A stretch of 64,000 nucleotides of DNA, from positions 3,472,001 through 3,536,000 of the forward strand of contig JAQOWU010000008.1 of NCBI GenBank assembly GCA_030867685.1. Direction: 5' to 3'. The position numbers were made by a program, and so were the translations under genes. Position 1 is the first letter of the stretch, and every line of letters begins with the position of its first letter. Below are positions 31,920-41,310 of the stretch, piece by piece. The notes below the pieces were generated by a model. That model searched no databases. It saw nothing but the letters and a program-made list of their open reading frames with translations, and had not been told where the DNA came from. The DNA is from Wickerhamiella versatilis. Its lineage: Eukaryota.

Positions 31920-32150
31920 GTATGTGGCTTGATTCACTAAAACAAGGTATTTAAGTGCATAATTGAAACCAAATCTATCTATATGGCTTAAATACGTTTA
32001 TATATCGCATACATATTATGCTCAGATACATGTTATGTGTGTGATCCAATCAGATATATGTTACACGGTATGTGGGAGGCGTAGCGTATCACTCACATGA
32101 CGTGCTGACGTCATCTTGTAATCTTTTTTTTTCGCTGAGAAGTCGAGACG

Positions 32151-32261
32151 GTATGTTTTGATCGATGGGGAGGATTATAACCTGTGTCTGAGGATGTATA
32201 TGCAGGACCATTGTGAAATTAGGAATTCTTCGTTTATGACCCAGCGTACTAACTCATCTAG
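32151..32261 (+). other. Spliceosomal intron hosting snR57
   Basis: GTATGT donor at 32151, TACTAAC at 32247-32253, TAG acceptor at 32259-32261. Confidence 0.85.
32166..32243 (+). ncRNA. SNR57: C/D box snoRNA snR57 (18S rRNA 2'-O-methyl guide), intronic
   Basis: Guide AGGAATTCTTCGTT (complementary to 18S AACGAGGAATTCCT) before a variant D box ATGA. Internal CTGAGGA.GTATATGCAGGAC as recalled for yeast snR57. TGGG/CCCA terminal stem. Confidence 0.9.
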
Positions 32262-32272
32262 AATGCTCAAAG

Positions 32273-32392
32273 GTAGGTACCTACCGGAATGATGAATCTT
32301 TCCACAGTTTTTGTTCGGTGAAACCATAATGAGCATAGAACACATTACATGCATCACCATCTGACTGGATCACGGACTACTAACACGTAAAG
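32273..32392 (+). other. Spliceosomal intron hosting snR55
   Basis: AG|GTAGGT donor at 32273, TACTAAC at 32378-32384, probable AAG acceptor at 32390-32392. Confidence 0.75.
32284..32369 (+). ncRNA. SNR55: C/D box snoRNA snR55 (18S rRNA guide), intronic
   Basis: Box C ATGATGA at 32289-32295. Guide CATGCATCACCAT pairs with 18S GUGGUGGUGCAUG with G-U. Box D CTGA at 32361-32364. Confidence 0.9.
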
Positions 32393-32465
32393 CATAACTC
32401 AAAGTAGAATTTCGGGTGGAATTCTCCAGTGCCTTTTGATCACTGGGGTGCTCACGAGGCACTGG

Positions 32466-32560
32466 GTGGCCGCTGATGATACATAAAAATCAGTTCTGCT
32501 TCTGACCCACAAACGTGAAGAGAACTACATACCAAGCTCTTCTTTTATTTCTGAGGCCAC
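32466..32560 (+). ncRNA. SNR61: C/D box snoRNA snR61 (25S rRNA Am guide)
   Basis: GTGGCC/GGCCAC terminal stem, box C TGATGA at 32474, guide CAGTTCTGCTT (complementary to 25S AAGCAGAACTG) before D' CTGA at 32502, C' TGAAGA, D CTGA at 32551. Confidence 0.93.
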
Positions 32561-32725
32561 ACTATATTCAACCCTTAGTGACTGTAACGTATTAATAAAT
32601 GTCTAAAGCTTTTTGGTAGTTGCGGCAAAATATGCCTATTGCGATTATCGCTTATTAGTCACCTATCGGTGCCCACCAACCCACACTTGCGCGGAAACAG
32701 TTGTTTGTTCGGAAAAAATCATCCA

Positions 32726-33673
32726 ATGATGGAACTGGATATCGAATGGGGGGTTGTTTCAGAGATTATGGGCGTGTCATCTGTTGGGATATGGATGTGC
32801 GCGCAAATGCCCCAGGTCCTTGAGAATTGGAAGCTCAAGAGTGTCGATGGCTTATCTGTAGGCTTTTTAATTGCCTGGATAGCTGGAGATATTTCCAACT
32901 TGGCTGGCTGCCTCATGACAGGGCAGCTAGGTGTCCAGACCGTGCTCGCATGTTACTATGTCACGATGGACTTCATCTTATCTTGTCAATTCTACATGTA
33001 CCACAGGCCATCTGACCATGTATCGCTAGAGGACTTCACACCAGTTTATTCGCAACATGATAATTCTAATCGAAAGCGATGGGGTAAGTTTGGAGCTGTA
33101 CGTAGTCGACTTCTGTCCTTTGCCTCCGTCCTATCTGGTTCATCGGCTGCGCCAATCAGACCAAATATGCTTGAATCAAATAGTAGCTTGCAAATTAATT
33201 GGGGATATGTTGTGGCTTACTTCTCCATGGCTATGTATCTTGGGTCGCGTATACCACAGATTTGGCACAACTGGCGACGCCAGTCAACGCAAGGGGTGTC
33301 CATGCTCCTTTTCACTGCAGCTCTGTTGGGAAATTTCACATATACGCTTTCCATTGTTCTCAGCCCTGAAGCACTTGGTCCCAACTCGCGCCAGTTTCTC
33401 CTCAATGAGCTCTCTTATATCCTAGGTGCTGCAGGAACAATGGTATTTGATATTATGATTCTTATACAGTACTATATCTATCAGTATGAGCCAGAGGAGC
33501 TTATGGGTGAACCACTGATTCCAACCCCTGATGATGGCTCTTCTCCCGGCCATCCTAACTCAAGTTCGGATCTCGCTAGGCTCAGGTCAATGTTGCAAGG
33601 CAAGCCTAGTGACAAGTCAAAGCTCATTTTAAGCCATCAGTCTATTTATTCTAGCAATGCTATTATGGATTGA
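32726..33673 (+). CDS. Vacuolar PQ-loop amino-acid transporter (Ypq family)
   Basis: Two PQ loops (WMCAQMPQVLEN..LKSVDGLS and YLGSRIPQIWHN...STQGVS). ATG at 32726 or 32729. Confidence 0.9.
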   Translation: MMELDIEWGVVSEIMGVSSVGIWMCAQMPQVLENWKLKSVDGLSVGFLIAWIAGDISNLAGCLMTGQLGVQTVLACYYVTMDFILSCQFYMYHRPSDHVSLEDFTPVYSQHDNSNRKRWGKFGAVRSRLLSFASVLSGSSAAPIRPNMLESNSSLQINWGYVVAYFSMAMYLGSRIPQIWHNWRRQSTQGVSMLLFTAALLGNFTYTLSIVLSPEALGPNSRQFLLNELSYILGAAGTMVFDIMILIQYYIYQYEPEELMGEPLIPTPDDGSSPGHPNSSSDLARLRSMLQGKPSDKSKLILSHQSIYSSNAIMD

Positions 33674-33766
33674 CCAAACCATCCATTATATCTTTTTTTT
33701 TCCTACTATACACGTCCCTAGAAATTAGTTCGCAGCCTGCTGATTACATCAGCACAACCACCTGGC

Positions 33767-35296
33767 ATGTCGATTCTTGCCGCGTCTGTCTGCACGCGAG
33801 GCGGGAAGGCACTGTTATCCAGACAGTTTCTGGATATTAGTGGAGAAGACTTACAAGAGATGCTTACCGGCCTTTCACAGTTGGGCCATAACAGCTCACT
33901 CCAGCATACAACTATTGAGAATGCCAAGTTTCGCTACATCTACGAGCCGCTTGAAGACCTTTATGTTGTTCTTATAACCGACCTTAGCAGCAACATTCTC
34001 CAAGATATCAAAACACTCAGGCTTCTGGCCCAGTGCATTAAGTCCCAAGTACCAGAAATCGACGAACGACACGTGGTTGAGGAGGCTTTCTCGATTATTG
34101 ACGCATTCGATGAGGTTGTTTCCATGGGCTTAAGCGAAGATTTAACTTTGACCCAGGTTGAAACATTCTTGCAAATGGAGTCTCACGAAGAAAAAATTCA
34201 GGAGATCATCGAGCGCAACAAGCAACTTGAAGCTGCCGAGGAACGGAAGAAGAAAGCTAAATTACTTGAAGCTCAGAGAAAAATGGCCCATGGTCCCCAG
34301 GCAGGCTTTCCGGATGCGTCTCCCTATAGCAGAATGGAGAGTCCCATCATGCCTTCCTTAACCCAGCCGGCACCGGTACCAACGTTTGAGCAGCCTTCCT
34401 TGTCAAGATTTAACGATAGGAAGTCTGCAAGTGCTCCAAAGGGTAAAGGATTGAAACTTGGTAAGGTCAAGCAACAACGGGACACCATGCCGATGCCATT
34501 GCCGGCCGATTTAGAGCCGGTTCCTTCGCGCGCCTCGTCGACCCCTAAGTCTAGTTCACATCCTCAAGATGTTGACAGGGGAACGGAAGTTATCATCAGT
34601 GAGAATATCCACGTCGAGATGAATCGTGACGGTGGTATAAGGAGTAGCCGTGCCTCTGGCACACTCACGCTTTTCGCTGGAGACCGGGAACACTCGCGTC
34701 TTCGCATAAAGGTTAGCGGGGCTGGCGCTGGAAATTCGAAGCCGCATCCAAAAATGGACAGAACGCAGTTCTCCAGCTCTGGAGTCCTTGGTCTTAAAAA
34801 TGCTCAGGAGGAGTTCCCAGCTACCAACGTTCTTTTGGTCAAGTGGAGTGTCGATAATGTGGAAGTTCCGATTAAAGTTAGCTGCTGGGTATCTGAGGCT
34901 GCAGATCCGGGATTTGTGAACGTCACGATCGAGTACGAAGTTGTGGAATCTGCTTGCAGTGGTGAGTTGGAAAATGTTAACATTGCTGTTCCTATACCGA
35001 CATCGAATGCACATGTGATGGATCCTACCTCTAACTTTGAGCAATTTGACGATCAAATTATATGGACCATCCCGTCGGCAGGCCCCGGCGAGACGGCCAC
35101 AGGTAGCTTCGAGTTCACAGCAGAGGCAGATTCGGAGGACGATTTTTACCCCATCAGTGTAGCATTCAGTATGGTAGACTCCGATAGGTCGTTTGGCCAT
35201 TTGGATGTCGACGAGATAGTCGACATACCATCTGGATCGCCGGTGGAATTCTCTAAGGCTATTGAAGCGCGTGCAGACAACTATATAATTTCCTAA
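33767..35296 (+). CDS. RET2: COPI delta subunit
   Basis: LAASVCTRGGKALLSRQF, SNILQDI.TL, MESHEEKIQEIIERNK; C-terminal MHD. Confidence 0.96.
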   Translation: MSILAASVCTRGGKALLSRQFLDISGEDLQEMLTGLSQLGHNSSLQHTTIENAKFRYIYEPLEDLYVVLITDLSSNILQDIKTLRLLAQCIKSQVPEIDERHVVEEAFSIIDAFDEVVSMGLSEDLTLTQVETFLQMESHEEKIQEIIERNKQLEAAEERKKKAKLLEAQRKMAHGPQAGFPDASPYSRMESPIMPSLTQPAPVPTFEQPSLSRFNDRKSASAPKGKGLKLGKVKQQRDTMPMPLPADLEPVPSRASSTPKSSSHPQDVDRGTEVIISENIHVEMNRDGGIRSSRASGTLTLFAGDREHSRLRIKVSGAGAGNSKPHPKMDRTQFSSSGVLGLKNAQEEFPATNVLLVKWSVDNVEVPIKVSCWVSEAADPGFVNVTIEYEVVESACSGELENVNIAVPIPTSNAHVMDPTSNFEQFDDQIIWTIPSAGPGETATGSFEFTAEADSEDDFYPISVAFSMVDSDRSFGHLDVDEIVDIPSGSPVEFSKAIEARADNYIIS

Positions 35297-35320
35297 AGTA
35301 ACAGAACTAGACCCGCTAGA

Positions 35321-36112
35321 CTAGGCTTGTTGTTGACTACCAAAGCCTTTGACTTGCTCAGCCATTTTCCAATTCATATTCTTGCAACGAACATCCTTCT
35401 CAATACGAACACCCTCACTCTTGGAGATTGTGGCAACGGTATATTTATCAAGAGCCCTTCCGTCACGATAGAATAACACCTTCATTGCCTCATCAATCGC
35501 ATTACGCGCTTGTTCTTCAGTTACGTGTGCAACGTCTTTTTCATCCTCTACGGTTCGACGTAATAAAGGTACGGCAAGGTAAGAGCCAAAGCCTGTAGCA
35601 ACGGCAGGTGCCTTGTACGTTACGCCTAGAAGATCCACATATGCCAGGTATGGCTCATTGTCGGCGCCGAGACCCGCAACGAGCAAAGCATTCCAATATG
35701 GGTCTAGTTGAGACCGCTGGTGATACATAACTTTCTGGAGATAGGAATGAACTGTTGGTGTTGTCAATGGGCCCGTGGGGTCATCATAGCTTTCCTCTAT
35801 CTCCAACTTTTGTAAAATTTCCTGCAGTGTCTGCAAGTCAGAGGTGTCACCACCTATGCCGACTGCAGTATTCTTACCTACAGTTATTATCCTCTCTTGG
35901 TCGATAAAGCGTCGTAGTGACCCATAAGAAGCGAGATTATCGGCTGCGATGATAACCCCGTTGTTATACTTTATTCCAATCACCGAAGTACCAGTCACGG
36001 TAGGAACCTGGGTATGCGTAATAGGCTCTTGCCCTGCATTATGAATGCCATAGTCATATTGGCCATAGATGTCGTCTCGCGGACGGCCCCAGTTCACCTG
36101 GTGGTGCTCCAT
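35321..36112 (-). CDS. PRE4: 20S proteasome beta7 subunit
   Basis: TQVPTVTGTSVIG, AADNLASYGSL, ATGFGSYLAVPLLR, KVLFYRD. Confidence 0.97.
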   Translation of the reverse strand: MEHHQVNWGRPRDDIYGQYDYGIHNAGQEPITHTQVPTVTGTSVIGIKYNNGVIIAADNLASYGSLRRFIDQERIITVGKNTAVGIGGDTSDLQTLQEILQKLEIEESYDDPTGPLTTPTVHSYLQKVMYHQRSQLDPYWNALLVAGLGADNEPYLAYVDLLGVTYKAPAVATGFGSYLAVPLLRRTVEDEKDVAHVTEEQARNAIDEAMKVLFYRDGRALDKYTVATISKSEGVRIEKDVRCKNMNWKMAEQVKGFGSQQQA

Positions 36113-36138
36113 GCCAATTTGATTACGTATTACTTATG

Positions 36139-36146
36139 TTGCCACT
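36139..36146 (-). promoter_or_regulatory. Rpn4/PACE-like site (AGTGGCAA) upstream of PRE4
   Basis: TTGCCACT on the + strand, about 27 bp upstream of a proteasome gene ATG. Confidence 0.65.
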
Positions 36147-36303
36147 TGAGAAGTAATGCCAGATATTGTTTCCCCCAAAACACATAAAGGTCAAGAATCG
36201 AAAATGGATATTAATTCCCATCAATATTCTGTTTTATATCCATGATATAACTATATATGCACTGTTATTCTATGTCTATGTAAGACTCAGCGATAACTTA
36301 CTC

Positions 36304-36570
36304 TTAGAAGATAACCTCTGCTCCGCCAGAGTTTATGTTGTCCATTTCCTGCTCGCTGAATGGAGGTGCCTGAAACCGTTTAGGGAGTTCCTTTATGGAG
36401 TTGAAAACTCCCCCCGAGCCAGATGCTCCTTGCAGGAAAGAGGAAGGCAGCTCTGGGACTGTTGACAGGGGATGCAACCGCGGAGAATGATCAATATTTT
36501 TTGGGATCACCCTCTTGCCAAGAAATTTAATTGAAGGAGTGAACTTCGCGGCTATGGTTGTGGGACGCAT
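36304..36570 (-). CDS. KGD4: Alpha-ketoglutarate dehydrogenase adaptor Kgd4/Ymr31
   Basis: PSIKFLGKR ... ELPKRF..P.SEQEMDNINSGGA. Confidence 0.88.
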   Translation of the reverse strand: MRPTTIAAKFTPSIKFLGKRVIPKNIDHSPRLHPLSTVPELPSSFLQGASGSGGVFNSIKELPKRFQAPPFSEQEMDNINSGGAEVIF

Positions 36571-36669
36571 AGCGAATTACTCTCGTTGGTGCGGAACTAA
36601 ATTACATAACCAGTTGTATTTGATCAATAAACGTCTAGAATCAGGGAGATATATATATGTACAGGTTAA

Positions 36670-37923
36670 TTAAACGTGGCTAATATGATAGCGCTTTCCA
36701 CGAAAGCCGAATATCTTCTGGTTAAGTTGGTAGAGCTCTTGTGGATTCAGATCGTTGAACTCCCATTTTGTTGACCGGAACCGATTTGATGTTGGCTCAA
36801 TGATCACATCAAACTCACCAGCAAAATTCGAGTTAAGCCAACTCCAATCCTGCATAAGGTCTGCGTCATGGAATCCCGTCACATAAATTGGACACTTGGA
36901 CTCCAGCAATCCTGGCACACTCTTCACCCATTGATCCATTGCCTCAGGCGCTCCAAGTCCTGGATGGAACATAAAAAACGCATCTAGATATGGGTCGTAT
37001 GGGAAGAAGTCACCCATATCATTGAGAACATGGAAATAATTAGTATAATACTTCAGAGACACGTTAGGTGTAATGTGCTCCTTAAAAGGAACGTCCAACT
37101 GGACATAGCGATTTCTTCTTCGATCATAATTTGACTCAGGTCCGATAAAAATAAGTTCAAAATTCACATTGGGAAGTAAAAAGCTGAGCTGCAGCCATGC
37201 GTGATAAGGCAGCTGGCTCTCCATGCGGGCACCCAGAATAAAGAACCGCATAGGCCTGTCTTGCAATGCCAAGGATCGGTCTACAGGAAAGAGCGTGTAC
37301 CGGAGTGCTGCTGCTGATTTCAGGCCTTCAAGAGTCAAAGGTCCTTTTGGCTTAAGATGATACGGAGAAAGTTCCGTCAATATGCTACCAATAGTCAAAG
37401 GATAGCTGAGAACTTTTGTTACAATAGCAAGATTGAAGTCGTTGTCCATAGAATAGAAATCCCTGGTGTAGAAAAACGTGTCCCAGTTAAAGAAGTTGAC
37501 GACCTGATCACTCTCCTGTGAACCGGGAAACTCCAATTCTGGAAACTCACGTCCACTGCGTAGATCATGTTCGTACATGTTAGCCTTCTTTAAAAGTTTC
37601 CATCGTTCAGCGTTCCAGTATTCTGTATCACTCTTCCATGCATCCTCATCTTGATGTGTTGGGACCCCCGACTTAGGACAAACAAAATTTATGTTCCCAC
37701 CAGTAACGGGACAGCGTGCACGGGCTTTGATAAATGCTGCACGTTTCCGTATAGCCTCTATTGGCGACTGATCCATCGGAAAAAACCTGTTTTCCTCAGA
37801 AGGTGCGCTGGGGTCATCCCTGGTATCAAGGCCCAAAAGGTCCCGGAAGAACCCTCTCCTCAAAGCACTGGATGCAAAGGAACATTTTGAGCCCCTTGTG
37901 CTGATGCCGAGGTTCCTTAGCAT
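36670..37923 (-). CDS. MSS51: COX1 translational activator Mss51
   Basis: ENRFFPMDQSP, NMYEHDLRSGR, NWDTFFYTR.F, LEGLKSAAALRYTL, LGARMESQLP. Confidence 0.95.
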   Translation of the reverse strand: MLRNLGISTRGSKCSFASSALRRGFFRDLLGLDTRDDPSAPSEENRFFPMDQSPIEAIRKRAAFIKARARCPVTGGNINFVCPKSGVPTHQDEDAWKSDTEYWNAERWKLLKKANMYEHDLRSGREFPELEFPGSQESDQVVNFFNWDTFFYTRDFYSMDNDFNLAIVTKVLSYPLTIGSILTELSPYHLKPKGPLTLEGLKSAAALRYTLFPVDRSLALQDRPMRFFILGARMESQLPYHAWLQLSFLLPNVNFELIFIGPESNYDRRRNRYVQLDVPFKEHITPNVSLKYYTNYFHVLNDMGDFFPYDPYLDAFFMFHPGLGAPEAMDQWVKSVPGLLESKCPIYVTGFHDADLMQDWSWLNSNFAGEFDVIIEPTSNRFRSTKWEFNDLNPQELYQLNQKIFGFRGKRYHISHV

Positions 37924-38110
37924 GGAAAATGGGTGTGTAAGAAATAAGCGGCTTACATCATAAAGACATATATGTTCAAAGAGAGCTCCAATCCAAAGGT
38001 TTTAGGAGCACCCCTACAGCTAAAGATTCCTATTTTATGTTCATCAAACAACTATACATGTAATCAGTATGAGGCAATATGAGAACTCGAACTAACCTTA
38101 CATTAGTCAT

Positions 38111-39139
38111 ATGATTGATCATGCTGTTTCGGCAGTATTAGAGCCACTCCCTGGCCATGAGGGGCGGACTCTTGTAATAAAGAATCTCCCTTCGAACTCC
38201 ACTGTATCAGATCTAAAGCAAGTTGCACAGCGGGAATTGGGAGTTCCACATCAATCTTTAACTTTGAGTTGTGACCACGTAACATTGGCGCCACACGAAT
38301 GGCTTTCGGATATTTTGGCTGATACTGGACATAATCGTATCACGTATGTGTTAGAGAAAGTTCCAAGTCTTACCATAACTTTAGGTGATGGACTTGCTTT
38401 AAAGGTGGATAGTCGCGAATTCGAATTACGCGATGGTGCCATTGCGCTATCTCCGAAAGTGCATTCTCTATTACAAAAACTAGATACGACAAGAGGTCCC
38501 TTATTTGGAGTTGCTGAACGGTTGGAATTGTTATGGCGGTCGACAAGGTCAATTTCTCATCGCACATACCTTGCTGCACTAGAGCTCAACCATGCTGGTG
38601 TGGTTGCAGCAGTCATTGCATTTGCGATGGCAGAGGTTGTAAGGATGGAGGGAATAGCTCCTCTATGGATGCAAGTCCTTATGTGGACCTATTTTGTTGG
38701 CTGTTTTACTTACTTCTGGGGCAGGTATGTGAGAGGTGTAGATTTGGCTCAAGCAATTTGCAATTACCTACCAAAGGTTTATCGAGCCACCGCTCAACCA
38801 CAGGAACTTGCAAAGTTTATACCACCAGCTTCTTTGGGATACATACAAGATACAGAGCGAGTCGTTAATGATATGATCATACCAGCCACGTGGCTTGAAT
38901 CTGCTACAATATTTATCGCTAGTATGATGCCTAGTGTTTACAGAGAATGGAATAATCGAGTGAAGGCCAGAAAAAGTTTGCATATGGACGCAGTTCGCAT
39001 TATTCAACGCCAAACTTCTAATGAAGCTGAAAGAATAGCATCATCAACTCAAGGAGCCAATCCACCCCTTAATGCGCAACACCCAGACTCTGTTGGATCA
39101 GATAACGACGTCTACCTAGAAGCAATGGAGCACTTATAG
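38111..39139 (+). CDS. Ubiquitin-like-domain membrane protein (possibly Usa1/Herp-like)
   Basis: N-terminal UBL-like block (NSTVSDLKQ...LGVP...TL), two hydrophobic helices, and FIASMMP.VY..W near the C-terminus. Confidence 0.55.
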   Translation: MIDHAVSAVLEPLPGHEGRTLVIKNLPSNSTVSDLKQVAQRELGVPHQSLTLSCDHVTLAPHEWLSDILADTGHNRITYVLEKVPSLTITLGDGLALKVDSREFELRDGAIALSPKVHSLLQKLDTTRGPLFGVAERLELLWRSTRSISHRTYLAALELNHAGVVAAVIAFAMAEVVRMEGIAPLWMQVLMWTYFVGCFTYFWGRYVRGVDLAQAICNYLPKVYRATAQPQELAKFIPPASLGYIQDTERVVNDMIIPATWLESATIFIASMMPSVYREWNNRVKARKSLHMDAVRIIQRQTSNEAERIASSTQGANPPLNAQHPDSVGSDNDVYLEAMEHL

Positions 39140-39173
39140 TCACACCAATTAAAACTAAAGTAGTCACCTAGCT

Positions 39174-39689
39174 ATGTCATCACAGGTGGTGAAGTTCGCC
39201 GGGTTTAATGTCACGAATCAGGTATTCTATATGACTCCACTGAGTTTTGCTATAGTGAATATACGGCCAATTCTCCCAGGGCATGTACTGGTGTGTCCCT
39301 TAAGGACTGTGACCAGGTTTAATCATCTGGCGCCTGATGAGGTCTGCGACTTCTTTCTAGCAGTACAGAGAGTATCAAAAGCTATTGAAAAAGTGTATAA
39401 GGCAGACTCTTTGAATATCGCTATTCAAGATGGTCCTCAGGCAGGTCAGAGTGTTTCTCACCTTCACTGTCACATTATCCCACGCAGGCTCGATGATCTT
39501 GAGCATGTAGATGACATTTATGACCTTTTGAATAAATTCGATTTGGATTCAGCCTTTCACCTCATTCGCGAGCGAGCGGCATCTGAGTCTTCTTTCGGTG
39601 TTGATAACGAGAGACGCAAGAACCGATCAGAGGAAGAAATGGCGTCAGAGGCACGTGTGTTACGTCAAGCCATAAACGATACACCATAA
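39174..39689 (+). CDS. HNT2: Fhit-family dinucleoside triphosphate hydrolase
   Basis: VNIRPILPGHVLVCP, IQDGPQAGQSVSHLHCHIIPR (HIT motif), RSEEEMASEA. Confidence 0.95.
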   Translation: MSSQVVKFAGFNVTNQVFYMTPLSFAIVNIRPILPGHVLVCPLRTVTRFNHLAPDEVCDFFLAVQRVSKAIEKVYKADSLNIAIQDGPQAGQSVSHLHCHIIPRRLDDLEHVDDIYDLLNKFDLDSAFHLIRERAASESSFGVDNERRKNRSEEEMASEARVLRQAINDTP

Positions 39690-39704
39690 TATGTTATATG
39701 CTAT

Positions 39705-40064
39705 TTAAAAATTAGATTTGCGTTCTTCAGCGTGCTTTCTGCCATAAAATGCTGCCCGACTTGCCCTAATTTTTCGTTCACCACCCCAGGGTTTTTTTCC
39801 ACGGGGGTAATATGTGGGAGAGACTCCTCGAGAATATCGATCCAGCCATCCAAGCAGATATCGCCGGTCTCTTGTTTCGATGCCTTTCTCTTTGAGCTCA
39901 GCACTTGATGAACCAACTAGTTGTTCCCATGTCTCGAAGTGTTCCTTGTACTGCGCCATGTTTCGGCCTATTTTATTCAAGAACGCCTCAACATCCGGGA
40001 CCTCGGCATTTGGTCGGAGGGCTTTCCTAGGTATGGTTGCAAATGTTCTGGCCAAGAACCACAT
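39705..40064 (-). CDS. FYV4: Mitochondrial ribosomal protein mS41 (IGR domain)
   Basis: DVEAFLNKIGR, LKEKGIETRDRRYLL, KPWGGER. ATG at 40064. Confidence 0.88.
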   Translation of the reverse strand: MWFLARTFATIPRKALRPNAEVPDVEAFLNKIGRNMAQYKEHFETWEQLVGSSSAELKEKGIETRDRRYLLGWLDRYSRGVSPTYYPRGKKPWGGERKIRASRAAFYGRKHAEERKSNF

Positions 40065-40135
40065 AGGCAATGCAAAAACCACTGACTAACCAGAGTGGTA
40101 TCTGTGGTTGTCACGCACCCCACCTTGGGACTACA

Positions 40136-41296
40136 ATGCATTTAACAATCGGTAATTCATGGCTTCAGAGGTCTCAAATGGTGGTAATGTTAGCCCATGT
40201 GTTCAGCATTCCATTGTTCGTAGGAACATTCTGTTTTCTGTGTGCCATTCCTCCTATGTGGCCTATAGTTTCAGGATACATTATCTGGGCCATTTTTCTA
40301 GATAAAAGGCCGGCAGGTGGTATGATGTTGACTAGATTCCAGAGGGCTTGCCGACAAATGTGGTGGTGGAAGCTTTTTGCAGATTATTTCCCTGTTGAAG
40401 TGCACAAAACAGTAGACCTTGAACCTTGCTTTATTGCTGCTAAATTAGGAGAGCAGACATCAGAATTGGCTTCAAGAAAACCACGTTATTGGTTTATACG
40501 GTGGTTTTATTGGTGGATTAAGTGTCTTTTCTGGTGGGCTTATGTCTTAAAGAACTTCGTTTCAGAATCTAACGACAAAGACAAATTTTTACCAACTGGA
40601 AAGCGATATTTGTTTGGTTACCATCCTCATGGCATTATAGCAATGGGGGCTTTAGCGGCTATCGGTACAGATGGAGCGGCGTGGTCTCGCAAATTTCCTG
40701 GAATCCCCACCCGTCTTTTAACTGTAGCAAATAACTTCTACCTGCCAATACATCGGGAGTACCTTTTATCTGTTGGAATTGGTAGTGTCTCAAAGGAGAG
40801 CTGTCTCAATTTTCTTCGAAATAACCAACCCATATGCATTGTTCTTGGTGGTGCGCGTGAGAGCTTGCTAGGGAAACCTGGTGGTGACATGTCTTTAGTG
40901 CTGAATAGGCGGAGGGGGTTTGTCAAAGTTGCATTGGCAACAGGGGCGAGTTTGGTACCTGTAATTGCCTTTGGTGAGACCGAGATTTACAATCAGCTGC
41001 AGTATGACAAAAGTACTTGGTCAGGCTATTTCCACGACTTCATGGTACACAATTTCGGATTCACTGTTCCAATATTCTGGGCTCGGGGTATTTTCAACCT
41101 TGATTGGGGAATTTTGCCATATCGGAGACCTATCCATGTTGTGGTTGGTGAGCCGATTGATGTTCCTTTGTTAGGTGGTAAGGTCACTGATAATTGCATA
41201 GATCACTATCATGATCTCTATAAGGAAAATTTGCGTAATCTATGGGAAGAAAATAAAACGAGATATGGCGGGAGGTCATTTAGCATAGTAGCTTGA
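40136..41296 (+). CDS. DGA1: Diacylglycerol O-acyltransferase (DGAT2)
   Basis: YFP, FGYHPHG, GGARESL, RRGFVKVAL, VPVIAFGE. Start uncertain (ATG at 40070 or 40136). Confidence 0.95.
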   Translation: MHLTIGNSWLQRSQMVVMLAHVFSIPLFVGTFCFLCAIPPMWPIVSGYIIWAIFLDKRPAGGMMLTRFQRACRQMWWWKLFADYFPVEVHKTVDLEPCFIAAKLGEQTSELASRKPRYWFIRWFYWWIKCLFWWAYVLKNFVSESNDKDKFLPTGKRYLFGYHPHGIIAMGALAAIGTDGAAWSRKFPGIPTRLLTVANNFYLPIHREYLLSVGIGSVSKESCLNFLRNNQPICIVLGGARESLLGKPGGDMSLVLNRRRGFVKVALATGASLVPVIAFGETEIYNQLQYDKSTWSGYFHDFMVHNFGFTVPIFWARGIFNLDWGILPYRRPIHVVVGEPIDVPLLGGKVTDNCIDHYHDLYKENLRNLWEENKTRYGGRSFSIVA

Positions 41297-41310
41297 GCAA
41301 AACGTATTTA

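Noticed and set aside
40031-40093. GTATGG...GACTAAC-CAG intron-like signals upstream of DGA1
   Set aside because: The donor lies inside FYV4 coding sequence on the other strand and no convincing upstream exon was found; probably coincidental.
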